A stretch of 63,494 nt of DNA, the filler included, from Diploschistes diacapsis (taxonomy: Eukaryota), in assembly GCA_023645945.1 (NCBI GenBank). It is 27 parts of 27 records of this genome, joined end to end, with 100 filler letters (N's around TTAATTAATTAA, not from the genome) between each part and the next. Parts side by side here need not be neighbours in the genome. Positions count along the whole stretch, not along the records: positions 8,885 to 26,740 come from JALAIB010000433.1; positions 26,841 to 27,849 come from JALAIB010004330.1; positions 27,950 to 28,958 come from JALAIB010004331.1; positions 29,059 to 30,067 come from JALAIB010004332.1; positions 30,168 to 31,175 come from JALAIB010004333.1; positions 31,276 to 32,283 come from JALAIB010004334.1; positions 32,384 to 33,390 come from JALAIB010004335.1; positions 33,491 to 34,497 come from JALAIB010004336.1; 19 more parts are not named here. The stretch is one strand, 5' to 3'. The position numbers and the translations under genes are program-made. The notes beneath the pieces are model-generated. The model worked only from the letters and a program-made list of their open reading frames with translations, was not told where the DNA came from and searched no databases. Shown piece by piece: positions 23,611-36,224 of this stretch. Every line of letters begins with the position of its first letter. Positions within the stretch are counted from its first letter, which is position 1.

Positions 23611-26610
23611 GCTTGCAGTTCGGCTCGAGCTGTACTGGAATAATCACTGTATTAGCCGATACAGGTATCAGGGGAGCGAAGTGTGCATATAGCTCTGCTA
23701 GTACAGCGGCAAGCTTATATTCTCTGCACCGAGGAACATAATTACAGGAGGGTAGGATCCTGAAGCCTACTAGGCAATGAATGTGCCAAAGGGCAATCGA
23801 AACCTCAAAAGTGCTCTAGGGGATCGGAGAAGCAAAATAATGGGAGCGAGAGGACTTGCCTTCTTAGATATTAAAAGAATAGAACCTCTCTGCGAGTTGG
23901 TTTATTTTTCGCCCGCCGCCGAAAGTTTCTAACCGCAAGTTAATGAAAGTCATTCTTTCGAAGCAAAGACTTAATACGATGCCACCCTCGATTGACGTGA
24001 ATAAGGACAAGTCGATGAAAGACAAAAGGAGTAATGAGGAGAATGATAAGACTTGTAGACTCAGTAGTCGTTAAGATAGTAACGCTTCGAGGGTTATGAT
24101 ACCTGTGAAGAAGCTGGTTCAGAATTGTAGAGAAGGGGTGCCGCTCGCAACGTGAGTGAGTTTACAATGCTAATAAGCAGCAATGTATGAAGGTGATAGT
24201 AGGCTTCGATAGTTCAGAATCACTTTCAAAGTAGCGTATATTTAGTTTGCTGGTAAAATCCAAAAAGGTGAAAGGGGAAAAGGGTAATGAAGGGGAAGCA
24301 GATAGTAAAAGCGGAAAATTGAGATAATTAATGAAAGATCTTTCAGAGGTATTGTTCTGAGCTCGCCTGGCATCTGAATGCGTACATATATGGGAGACTC
24401 TAGGCTGGAAATTTGTAGCGAAAGGATATGAGCTTACATGATTTGGTGAAGTAAAAGCCTACGGACGCTACCCGAGGTATTCAGGTAAAAATAGCCTTAA
24501 TGTAACCGATCATACCAGATTAAATCAAGCATTGGGAACTGCTAATACCCAGAGAGGTCAAAGATGAACGAGTATTCAGCGTAAGAGATAAGCCGGACGG
24601 AGGTGGAAGTGACTGAAAAGCGTAAGGTTTGTCAGTCAAGAAAGGTAGGGGCTTAGGCTGACTTGAAGAGGTCAAAGAGTAGGAGATCTATGAAGATAAA
24701 GTAGTAAGCTAGACTGAAGAGACTGGGAGGTGGTATGTCAGGCTGGAATGGCTGGAAAAGCAGGAGGGGGGGAACAGGAATGCAGCTAACAATGAAGATA
24801 AGACGAGCCAGACAAAGCATAGGGGAAGGGGGTGAAGCCTGCTTCTACTGCACTTCGTAGATCAAAATGGGGCATGGACTTACCAAAAGCTTGGTTGGAG
24901 TAAGAAAGTCGTTTATGTAACTGGTAGTGGAAAGGAAGGGTGGCATCCCCCTACCTTGTAGACAGTAGAGAAGGCAGACACACACACTTGCCCTTTGTAG
25001 TGCCTGAACATCAACTAGACTTGGGGGTGGGCATAGGCGCTTGAAAACATACCTGGACAGACAAGTCTGAGATGACCTAAAGCTTCTTTCAAGTGGGAAG
25101 CCCTGGTCCGAAGGGTTCGAAACAAACGAAGAAACGGCTCTCTGCCGGCTGAAAGAGGACGAACGCAGAAAGACTAGTTGAAGAGAACAAGACGCGAGAA
25201 TAAGACCAACTAAACGCGTAACACTGGGAGAGGATGAGGGTTGCGATGGGGAGAGAATTCTTTTCCGTGGACACGACAGCTTGACTTGACTGCTTGGAAG
25301 AGATCACAGTGTGGAAGCGGGAAGACGGAAGAAGGAAGGAAAAGAAAAAAGGAAAAAGGCCATAACCACGTGATTAAGGCAAGGCGGAGGGGGAAAGGTT
25401 CAAAGTTCCTGTTGGTCTGGTGAGGAAGTGGCGGCAGCAGGAAAATGCAGTGCTCTTTGATCCGGTATCGGCTTTTTGAGTACTAAGTAGGATCATGCCG
25501 GCTGCTGAACGCCACTGGTCCATCACAGGGCAGACCTCAAGCTCCTATGGAACAGCCATACCTTGATCTCGCTTCCCTTCTTTTGGGAAGCTACGACTGG
25601 AAGCTTGAAGTATGTATGCTCATCAATTCTTGTTGGACATTGCCACCTCGCCTGGTTGGTATTCCTCGAAAAGAAAATTCACACTCGGGTATACAGCTTG
25701 ATCATTTCGAAATGGAAAGCTCTTCAAATCGGCAGCATGTAAGTCCATTCCAAGCAGACAACCTGTGATTAGGGTCACCAAACTCATATCCGCAGGCTTT
25801 CGGCTGCCTCCTCACGTGAATCAAGTTACACCGCGCTTCGCGGTTCTTCTTGTTTTTTGGAACTGGCATCTCAGCGCTGCTGCTTAGTTCATCCCATGCG
25901 AATGTAATATCCGGATGGATTAGACAAGTGGAGACATTATCCTCGCTTAACAATGGAATGGGCGTGCAAGCACCTGCATCCACAAACACTGTGAGCATGC
26001 AAAAGGGGCTGTCGAAGGATACCTGCACATTGAAGGTACAAGGCGAAGAGCCAGCGTCTAGGTCTTACCCCGGGACAGGAACGTCACGAAGCAGATTGAG
26101 AGTTGTTGCTGGGAACAAAAGAACAAACGCTTTCTCGGGATAAGGCAAATCAACGGTAGTCCAATACTTGTGAGTTGCGACTAGATGCTGGCTTAGAAGT
26201 GTCAGATCAGTCAACGAGGGGCAGACACGTTGCCTTCCCTAAAATGATACTGCTGTACCAGTCGCTACACCCATGTGGCATTGCGAAGACAAAGTTCGTG
26301 GCGGAATCGCTATTGACGTCCTAGTAGAGAAATGTTCTCTCCACTAGGCCGCTTAGTCGGCGCGGTGATCATCTGGTACAAATTACGCGGCTTTATGCGA
26401 ATACTAAGAAAGCAGACAAACTTGCCTCGGCAAAGGAAGGCAGAGGCTTCCCTGCCGCTACGGATCACAACTCGTTGATGGCTTCATGGATGAATATAAT
26501 CTTGTGCAGCAAAAAGTCCCAAATATCACTCTCGGCCGATAAGACATATCCATCTTTTCTCATCTACTCTGCTTCCCATTCACTTCCACTCCACAAGCAA
26601 ACAGCCCATC

Positions 26611-26700
26611 ATGAGCCACAAAGAGGAGAAATCCGATGCCCACCTCCTCGAACTCGCCCGATCATTCCTCGCGCACGGCAGCGCCAATGAAGACTACCAT
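26611..26700 (+). CDS. Probable first exon of an unidentified gene, truncated by the contig end
   Basis: CT-rich leader, CATCATG start context, MSHKEEKSDAHLLELARSFLAHGSANEDYH, then a GTGCGT donor-like site. Confidence 0.45.
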
Positions 26701-27084
26701 GTGCGTACCTCCCAAAAACCCCCCTTATCATCCCCCCTACNNNNNNNNNNNNNNNNNNNNNNNNNNNNNNNNNNNNNNNNNNNNTTAATTAATTAANNNN
26801 NNNNNNNNNNNNNNNNNNNNNNNNNNNNNNNNNNNNNNNNCTTCTATCCTACCGTGATTCGAGAAAGTAAGATATAGGAAAATAAATTTAAAAACATTGT
26901 TACGTTTAGAAACACAGTTACGTCGAGGAAAAAACATTAAAAATAATAAACTTTTAAGTATTTCTATTGCCGGAGAAATATAGAATTATATTAAGATATA
27001 AAGATAACGGGATAGAGATTTTTTATTAATAAAATTTATATAAAGTTCGTTATAGAACAGCGAATTATTAAAAAGAGGGTCGTA

Positions 27085-27319
27085 TATAAACATAAAAGTA
27101 GGCCGCAGACTTGATAGGGATGGTCCCCACAGAGCAGCTCCATTTAAGGAGGCCTGCTAGGTAGCTCTAGACAAGCAATACATCCTACACCTCACAAATG
27201 TCCTACCTAGGTATGATGTTGACTACGAAATCACACTACATTCCCCTACTACACCACCTACGACTATCTACCTATTACAGCAAGGGAAGTCTCCCTAGAC
27301 AGCGCGCCTTGTGTTTATA
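27085..27319 (+). mobile_element. LTR family L3 (RIP-mutated TGTAAACA...TGTTTACA ends)
   Basis: Preceded by a purine tract (AAAAAGAGGG); terminal inverted TATAAACA/TGTTTATA; inverted copy at 28736-28958. Confidence 0.75.
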
Positions 27320-27525
27320 GTATAACGCCCGTTTTTGACGTAATAGGCTTTAATACATTCGGTTCGATAGATTCAGGTTTAGGTTTAAATTCAATTCTTT
27401 TCTTTAAAATTTTAACCCGGTAGAACTTCTTTATTAACCGTCGGTTATTATTATCTAGCTTTCGTTAATTATATGAAGCGGGAGTAGGAAGCCTTAGGGT
27501 ACTATAATCCTCGATAAGAATACAT

Positions 27526-27700
27526 CACGAAAAGTTTTTGGCGGCGAAACACCGCGAAAATCCGCAAGGTTAGCGAAACTGGCGAAACTGGCGAGGTGGG
27601 CGACAGATAATGCGTTCAAGCGACTCGCCAACTTTCGTTAAAAGGTTTGGCGAAATACGGCGAAACTGACGAAACCGGCGAAACTAATAAAAACCAATAA
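27526..27700. repeat. Cluster of GGCGAAAC(T) motifs, possible DNA-transposon subterminal region
   Basis: About 7-8 near-copies of GGCGAAAC within 175 bp, with an abrupt boundary against AT-rich DNA. Confidence 0.5.
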
Positions 27701-27949
27701 AGATAACGAGATCAATCATTTTTTTATTAATATATTACGTAAATAAAATTTTTTTTTAATATGATATTAATAATATTAATAATAATAATTAATTAATAAT
27801 TATGTAATTATAATTACGTAATTATTATTATTATTATATTATATAAAGTNNNNNNNNNNNNNNNNNNNNNNNNNNNNNNNNNNNNNNNNNNNNTTAATTA
27901 ATTAANNNNNNNNNNNNNNNNNNNNNNNNNNNNNNNNNNNNNNNNNNNN

Positions 27950-28735
27950 GTTTTAAACGGAAGGGCATTATAGGTCTAAAATCCAGATACCGTACCAATT
28001 ATAAAAAAAATATATAAAATATAAGATATATAAATAACGACGTTATAGATATCGATGTCTTAATTAGCAAACCCCGTTCTAATTAAAAGAAAGGAATTAA
28101 AGGACCTAACGGGGGATCTTTAATTAAAGGAAAGAAATGTTTCGAATGTGATAGGATTGGTTACTTCGCCCGAGATTATAAAAGCAAGAACACGGTCTAT
28201 AAGGAAGATATTTTCGCCGCGATTATTCTATAATTTAACGTAATTATATTTAATTTTATAGAAAATTACTCGAGGGATAAATAATTTTAAAAAAAAGTTA
28301 TAATTAAATCGAATAATATAATTTAATAAAACGACACCGACGAATCTATTAATAAAAATACTGAAACCACGCCTTTACTAACTTTAACATTAATAAACGA
28401 AGTTTCGAAAAATAACGATATTCCGAAAGATATAACGGAATATAAAAAAACGATAAAATAATTACTCGCGGAAATATAAACATGTTATTCAATTCTTAAA
28501 GTTAAATTAAACATCTAAAGATCTTTAAATAACAATTTAAACGAAAACGTATCGTACGAGTTTTATATTAATAACCGTGTTATTACCAAAAAAGAATACT
28601 TTCGGAAAAAAGCTCTTATTATTAATAACCGGAATCACCCAGACCACGAATACTTAAACGAATATAAGGATTTCCGTTACGAATATTTAGTATATTAAGA
28701 CGGGAACTATATTCTATACGATAAATTAATTATAG
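27950..28735 (+). pseudogene. Retrotransposon gag remnant with zinc knuckle
   Basis: KCFECDRIGYFARDYK is a RIP-mutated CX2CX4HX4C knuckle. The downstream part is duplicated at 60283-60620. Confidence 0.7.
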
Positions 28736-28958
28736 TATAAACACTAGGCGCGCTGTCTAGGGAGACTTCCCTTGCTGTAGTAGGTAGGTAGTCGCAGGTG
28801 GTGTAGTAGGGAATGTAGTGTGATCTCGTAGTCAACAGCATACCTAGGTAGGACATTTGTGAGGTGTAGGATGCATTATCTTGTCTAGAGCTACCTAGCA
28901 GGCCTTTTTAAATAGAGCTATCCTATAAGGACCATCCCCACCAAGTCTGCGGCCTATT
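28736..28958 (-). mobile_element. LTR family L3 (inverted copy)
   Basis: Reverse complement of 27085-27319. Confidence 0.8.
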
Positions 28959-29398
28959 NNNNNNNNNNNNNNNNNNNNNNNNNNNNNNNNNNNNNNNNNN
29001 NNTTAATTAATTAANNNNNNNNNNNNNNNNNNNNNNNNNNNNNNNNNNNNNNNNNNNNGTATAAAATAAGATTATTTTAATCGTTAAATTATACGTAGAA
29101 TTATATGAAAATTCTATTAATAATAACAGCTCTAATTAATCATTCTAGCCTTCGCAATAAAATATACGGAAATAATGATTTAACGTTTGATTTTAACGTT
29201 CTATCTACCCGTTAGATTACGGGTGGAAAGCGGTGCTTAAGCGCTATCTGGCCTGTATAGCACGGCAAAATTGAGATTAATATTGACTCGTTAAGACTAG
29301 CTCCTGATCGGATATAATGCCTTTTAGGGCGTTATGTTTTAAAATTACGTCCCGTAGGATTATCGTTACCAACTCGTCGGACGTTAAGGATTTAATTA

Positions 29399-30067
29399 GG
29401 CTGGCCGTTTCGTGCCACGGACACTTCCACGGACACTACCGAGAAAATTTTTTAAACACGATACTGCCACGGATACTACCGTTAAAATTTTAAAACACGG
29501 ACACTTCCACGGATACTACATTATAATAAAAACACGGACACGGACACTACGATTAAAAATTTTAAAACACGGATATTTCCACGGATATTATCGTCAAAAA
29601 TTTTAAAACACGATATTATTACGGATATTATATTATAATAAATTTACCGAAATATTACCGTAAATTCACCGAAATACCGCGATAAAAAAATAAAAACGTA
29701 AAAAATAAACGTAATAATTCTAAAATTATTAAAAAATAAATATTATTTAAAAATGTTTCGATAAATGTACGGGTACGATAATAAATTTATTAATACGAAT
29801 ATTACGATTAAAAATTTTAAAACACGGATATTTTTACGGATATTATATTATAATAAAAGCACGGACACGGATATTATAATTATAAATTTTAAAACACGGA
29901 CACTTCCACGGACACTATACTGCAGTAAATCCACCGAAACATTACCGTGAATCCACCGAAACACCGCGGTGAAAAAATAAAAGCGTAAAAAATAAGCGTG
30001 ATAATTCTAGAATTATTAAAAAATAAATATTATTTAAAAGTGTTTCGGTGAATGCACGGACACGATA
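29399..30067 (+). mobile_element. Family A element, left part with a duplicated internal module
   Basis: TA-GGCTGGCCGTTTCGTG start; the CCACCGAAAC module occurs twice, about 286 bp apart. Confidence 0.85.
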
Positions 30068-30167
30068 NNNNNNNNNNNNNNNNNNNNNNNNNNNNNNNNN
30101 NNNNNNNNNNNTTAATTAATTAANNNNNNNNNNNNNNNNNNNNNNNNNNNNNNNNNNNNNNNNNNNN

Positions 30168-31175
30168 CTCCTGCTCCTCCTCCCTCCCCGTGGACCTGTA
30201 CCGCGGGCCTGGACGCCTTGGCCCTGCGCGCCTGCTGGGCATGCAATATGCTGTGCCAAATCCTCATCGTCTCCTCCAGCTCCTCCAGGCTCGACACGCC
30301 AATGACGCTCACGCCGCGCCTCCCATCCTCTCGGCCGCTCTCGCGCGCCGCCGGCGGATCCCCGCGGCCGCCAACCGCCGCCCCCTCGCGCATCCAGCTC
30401 TCCAGCGCCCACCGGATGGCCAAGGTCTCCAGGCGATGGCCCCGCCCGTCCACCCACTCGCTGGCCCTCCTCACCGCCTCCCTCAGCCCCTGCGGCGCCG
30501 GGTGCCAGTCGCCCTGGCCGCCGACCGGCACGCCGTCGGTCCGCAGCAGGCCCATGCCCAGCACGGAGGCGTTGGTGACGACGTCGACGCGGGCGGCGCG
30601 CAGGCGCGGCAGGGCGCGCGCGGCCAGGCGCGTGCTCTGCAGCGAGTGGCTGGCGTAGCTCTGCACGGCGTCCAGCGGCTCGCCGGTGTCGCGCAGCACG
30701 CGCTCGGCCAGGTCGGCCAGCACGCGCACGGGGTAGCCGGCGATGCCGACGTAGCGGAGCGTGCCGTCCTCGTCGCGCATGCGGCGCAGCTCGCGCACCG
30801 CGCCCACCACCTCCGCCCCGCTCACGAACTCGACGTCGTGGCAGTACACCACGTCCACGTGGCTGGTGCGCAGCCGCGCCAGGCTGCGCGCCACCGACCG
30901 CCGCAGCCACCCCGCCGAGTAGTCGAACGACGAGAGCCCCAGCCGCCCGGCTTTCGTGACGAGGAGGTACGAGCCGCGCGGGTGCGTCGCGGCCACGGAC
31001 GGGTGCGAGAGCGCCGCGCCGAGGAGCGCCTCCGACGGGCCGTAGTAGGGGGACGTGTCGAAGGCGCGGATCCCGTGCGAGAGGGCGCGGGCGATGATGG
31101 CCGTCGACGGGAGGACGGACGGGTCCGGATTGTACTGGCTGTTGAAGGTGCCGGTGCCGCAGATTAGGGGGGGGA
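30168..31175 (-). CDS. Aldo-keto reductase, D-arabinose/L-galactose dehydrogenase (ARA2-like), partial
   Basis: PPLICGTGTFNSQYNPDP...GIRAFDTSPYYGPSE...TKAGR...VVYCHDVEFV...RYVGIAGYP. Open across the whole contig and truncated at both ends. Confidence 0.92.
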
Positions 31176-31275
31176 NNNNNNNNNNNNNNNNNNNNNNNNN
31201 NNNNNNNNNNNNNNNNNNNTTAATTAATTAANNNNNNNNNNNNNNNNNNNNNNNNNNNNNNNNNNNNNNNNNNNN

Positions 31276-31804
31276 TTATAAAACCATTTTTATTTACTGT
31301 TAAATTATTAAGAAATAATATTGATTTTTTAAATCTAATAAAACACGCGAGGATTAACGATAGATTAAAATATATCGATATTATTTATTATTATATACGA
31401 GACTTAATTAAACGAGGCCGTATTAATATTACCTATATATTTATAAATAAGATAATTGCCGACGGATTAACGAAATTATTAAACTACGTTAAACACGATA
31501 TATTCATTAAAGAATTTGAATTAGTATAGAAAGCATTTAATTGAACTAAATGAACATACCGATGATTCCGCTCGTAAGAAAGTGTTAAGCAGGCAGGTAG
31601 AATGCATGGTTGGGAAGTTCAGCTGAACCTCAGGTTTAGGTTCAGTTCAGTTGAACCTACTGGGGTTCCTGCTAATCCTAATCGGGAGTAGTGCAAGTCT
31701 ATAGGGCTTAGTGGATCCTATTGGTATAAAAGCTTGCATGTAGACTCTTCCTTCTAGTAAGACCTCTAGATATCTAGACTTCAATACATGCGTTGCCCAA
31801 AAGA
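31276..31804 (+). mobile_element. Copia RNase H end plus L1 3' LTR (31583-31804)
   Basis: RIP-mutated KYIDII...IADGLTKLL, then a purine tract and a TGTTAAGCAGGCAGG LTR matching 61976-62197. Confidence 0.85.
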
Positions 31805-32283
31805 TTTAAATATACGGGTTATTCGATTTAAATAACGTTAAATTGAATTAACTAGTTCTAAAATAGCTCGTAACGTTTAATTAAATTCTTTATTAATCTT
31901 TCGCAGTTCGGTCGTATTTAATAAAGAATTATATAATAAAAATAAATCCAAATCGAATTAATTCGAGATTTAAAAAAAGGTTATAAAATGGAAATAAAAA
32001 GATCCGATAAATCGAATAAAGTTTATTAAATACGGTTATAAGATTAATAAATTATAATTTAATATGTATAAATCCTGCTTAAACGTTTCGATTCGTAATA
32101 ACTCGATTTCGAATTATTAAAAATAATTCGATTTATTCCGAACATGCTATGCGCGATATATTTAATCGAGTAATATAATCCGTTTTTTACGCTAACGCGC
32201 TTTTTAACGGCGAAAACATTACGACATTAAATAATTAAAAAAATAAAAATTATATAATAATAATATTATCAAATAGATTCGAT
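31805..32283. mobile_element. Family B (pogo-like) internal sequence interrupted by the copia element
   Basis: Colinear with 58703-59077. Confidence 0.75.
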
Positions 32284-32383
32284 NNNNNNNNNNNNNNNNN
32301 NNNNNNNNNNNNNNNNNNNNNNNNNNNTTAATTAATTAANNNNNNNNNNNNNNNNNNNNNNNNNNNNNNNNNNNNNNNNNNNN

Positions 32384-32600
32384 ATCTTTATATATTATTA
32401 ATCTATTCGGCGATAATATTGGTTCCTTAGACCTAATAAAACACGCAAGGATCAACGACCGTTCAAAACACGTCGATATTGTTTATCATCACGTACGAAA
32501 TCTTGTCAAGCAAAAACGCATTAAGATATCTTATATTTCTATCGATAAAATGATTGTTGATAAGCTTACGAAACCATTAAACTATTCGAAACACGACGTT
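32384..32600 (+). pseudogene. Copia RNase H C-terminus
   Basis: KHVDIVYHHVRNLV...KMIVDKLTKPLNY; copy of 2256-2470. Confidence 0.85.
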
Positions 32601-32775
32601 TGTAACAGATAGCTGTGACAGTCCTCCGGGCGAGCGGAGGAACTCAGTCCTAGCGCCGCGCCAAAGCCGCTCCAAGGCCGTAGGTCATAAAAAGAATTTT
32701 TATAGAAGGATTTCTTCTTTTCTTCTCTAGAAATTAATTCATAAATATTATAATTATTAATATTATATTACTACA
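32601..32775 (+). mobile_element. Short LTR (family L5) inserted into the copia RNase H, followed by a degraded interior
   Basis: TGTAAC...CTACA boundaries; it interrupts homology with the 2461 copy abruptly. Confidence 0.55.
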
Positions 32776-33490
32776 TTTTATCCTTTATAATTCTAATTTC
32801 TCTTCCTTTAATAAAATAGTGGTCCGATAAAATAGCGAAAAGAAAACGAAAGGCCGCGACTACATTTCGAGATATTAAAAGATCGGTAACAACCGCAGAT
32901 CTAAGGGATACCGTTGTTTCATCCCGACGGGAATCATTAATATATAACGAGATATTAACGGAGTCCCCACGGTCAGCAACCGTAGAGACCTCGCGAAGAA
33001 AAGAAATCGTCGAAAGGAAACGCGTCGCCGTCGAAATTCCTAAATCAGGCGAAAAAAATTAATCTTAAAACTCTATTATCGAAAAAAAATATCTATCGGA
33101 CGCAGACCCTTCGCGATCTAACCGGGAACGTATCTCCCACCTTAAAAAAAACGCGAGAGATTATTAAAATAAAAAAGAATCTAAAACCTAATTACGGAAA
33201 TAACGAATCTAAAGATTTAAACCACGTCTCCGACAATCGAAACGGAACATGAAACGTATATTACTCGTAAACGAGCCGCATTTAACGAGCACGTTATTAG
33301 TATCACGAGATACCTTCGATCTTAACCTTTATTTAAGTATTAAAAACTATTTATAGCGGAACACCGAGAATGGTTTATAATAATTAATAANNNNNNNNNN
33401 NNNNNNNNNNNNNNNNNNNNNNNNNNNNNNNNNNTTAATTAATTAANNNNNNNNNNNNNNNNNNNNNNNNNNNNNNNNNNNNNNNNNNNN

Positions 33491-34106
33491 ATCTATTATA
33501 ACGCAAAAAATAGGTTATAATCTTTTCTATTAATTTATCTTGTTTATCGGTAAGCCTATTAAACCATTTATCGAAATCGATATTAACGAATAAAACATCA
33601 TCGATTTACGTGTTAATGACGTCGATAATAATTCCGTAATTAGACGGTAATATCGTAAATAATTATTAAAAAGGAACCTTTAGGGCGTACTCGGTTCGTT
33701 TATACGACAGCTTCTTTAAAAGTTTTATTAAATGTATCTATGTTTCTTAAATAGTCGTGCCTTTCTTGAGTTTATAATTAGCGAACTTAAGGTTTAGTTA
33801 GCGACGTTTAGGTTTAATAATCGCCTGATATTTTGTTTATAGAGAATCCCATCTGGCTTTCGTAATAAATAAATCACGAAAACGTTCTTGATCGATCTCC
33901 CCCGTACAGATCATAATATGGTAGTTTGCTTTTGATTGATCTTTCTTTTACTATTCAGATGTTTTGTTTAAAACTGAACCTGAAGCGGTAGGGGTAGATG
34001 ATATAAAGTCATTTAGAATGACTATAATAAGTAATAATAGCTGATTATTAAGGACGTAATTCATTTTTTTATTTTTAAGATATATACGTATGAGTTCGAA
34101 TCATTA
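33491..34106 (-). pseudogene. Copia-type gag fragment (second copy)
   Basis: Colinear with 3334-3705. Confidence 0.6.
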
Positions 34107-34497
34107 ACATGTTTCACGGGGATTCCGGCCACCCCCAGATTCCGGCCACCTCAAATCACTACCGCCAAGATTCTACGGTTTTTAAATACAACCTGTTCGT
34201 CGCAATTAGAATCTAATCGATAAAAATCGAATCTATTCTCGTTTTCTTTATCTTTTTCGATTTTAAAAACGCGACGACGTTTTTTACGCGTTATAAGTCG
34301 TTTCGAAATTATCTGACTCGATTCAGCTCGAATTATTATTTTATAAACCTCGTTTATATTAAATACAAAACGATCTTTTAATTCGATTCGTTTATTTAAT
34401 TTACGTTTCTTACGATTATTAAAAAGCGTTTTTTATTTTTAGTTTTCTTTACGAAGCGTTATAAACTTAATATACGTCAATTTAAACATACGGATTA
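34107..34497. mobile_element. Family B terminus inserted at a TA
   Basis: TA-ACATGTTTCACGGGGATTCCGGCCACC; the empty site is visible at about 3700. Confidence 0.85.
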
Positions 34498-34619
34498 NNN
34501 NNNNNNNNNNNNNNNNNNNNNNNNNNNNNNNNNNNNNNNNNTTAATTAATTAANNNNNNNNNNNNNNNNNNNNNNNNNNNNNNNNNNNNNNNNNNNNAAA
34601 GTTGCCTTTATTAAGTGGA

Positions 34620-35099
34620 GGTGCCGCTATCTAATTAACTAGCTTTTTTGATTAATAAGTCTACGATATTTCTTTATTTTGTTTCCGTAGTTGATTAGGT
34701 TTTCTAAAGGTTTTTATATGTTCTATTCTAACGGGTATCCTTTCCATTTAATAAGGAATCCTTTGGAACTACTATCTAAAATCTTATCGATTTCGTATTC
34801 GTTTTTATTATTAGGTTTGAAATAGAAGGTTTCTTATAATAATATGTCTAGATATGCTGGTTCGAGGTATCGTGAGTAAAATATTGAGTAAACTTTCGCG
34901 TTTTTAGATAACTTAAATCGATAATTAACTCGCTTGGTTTCGTCCGGTATGACGAATTGTTTATCGATAAGGAAAGATCCGATTTTAACGTAATCGAACT
35001 TTTTAAAAGATTTGCGTATTTTAAAGTTATCCGTGTATAAATAAACCTTATTTCTCTTTTTTAGCTGAAGATTTTTTTTTGAGATTTTTAATCTTTTGG
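34620..35099 (-). pseudogene. Chromoviral Ty3/gypsy integrase C-terminus (GPY/F region) and chromodomain
   Basis: KKFDYVKIGSF...NYRFKL...VYSIFYSRYLEP, then EYEIDKILD...FLIKWKGYP...PLENL. Confidence 0.88.
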
Positions 35100-35101
35100 T
35101 A

Positions 35102-35604
35102 ACGTGTTTGACGGTGAGTCCGGCCACCCCTAGAGTCCGGCCACCTCAAATCACTACCGCCAACATTCTACGGTTTTTAGATATAACCTGTTCGTCGTAA
35201 TTAGAATCTAATCGATCTGAATCGAATCTATTTTCTTCTTCTTTATCCTCCTCGATTTCAGAAATGCGACGACGTTTTTTACGCGTTATAAGTCGTTTCG
35301 AAATTGTCCGATTCGATTTAACCCGAATTATTATTTTAAAAACTTCGTCTGTATTAAATATAAAACGACCTTCTAATTCGATTCGTTTATTTAATTTACG
35401 TTTTTTACGATTATTAAAAAACGCTTTTTACTCTCGATTTTCTTTACGAAACGTTATGAACTTAATATACGTCGATTTAAACATACGGATTACTCGACTC
35501 GAATAACGTCGAATCGAGCTAACCAGTTCTAAAACGGCTCGCAACGTCTAATTAAATTCTTTATTAATCTTTCGTAGTTCGGTCGCATTTAATAAAGAAT
35601 TATA
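35102..35604. mobile_element. Family B terminus inserted into the gypsy integrase
   Basis: TA-ACGTGTTTGACGGTGAGTCCGGCCACCCCTAGAGTCCGGCCACC. Confidence 0.85.
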
Positions 35605-36224
35605 NNNNNNNNNNNNNNNNNNNNNNNNNNNNNNNNNNNNNNNNNNNNTTAATTAATTAANNNNNNNNNNNNNNNNNNNNNNNNNNNNNNNNNNNNNNNN
35701 NNNNAGACAGCTTTGCTTATATTTAACTAAAATACGGCCAAGTTATTACTTAACTTTTATCTATTAACATATCTCACACGTATAAAGTGCGATACGGATA
35801 AGATTAACGAAAATCATAATTTCGTGCAGATTCTAGAGCTTTTTAAGTCCTATAAGAACCATACGTGCGTAATATAGCTAATAACTGTTTTTATTTGACT
35901 AAATTTTTAAATTTAGTTCAAGATCAGGCTAAATCGGGTTCAGTTCAACTGGTTTAAATTCAGTTGCTAGGTACGCAGTTACCCTATACGCATGTTTTTT
36001 TATGACCTTGCTCGAGTAATAAACTTCATTCTTTTTCTTATATATAAAAATAATCCGACCGTCCTCGTTGTATAGATATAAACCCTTTTAATTAAAACTC
36101 CCCCTTAATCTTACCTTACATAACTTTTGTTTCGATATGAAGTTTGCTTTCAATCCAAATACGTACATCATATATCCTAAATGTAGAATACTATTATCTT
36201 GCTTTAATTTAATTTTCTCAATAT

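Noticed and set aside
30190..31167. 325-aa plus-strand ORF and alternative-frame ORFs
   Set aside because: Shadow ORFs caused by extreme GC content; the minus frame carries the AKR motifs.
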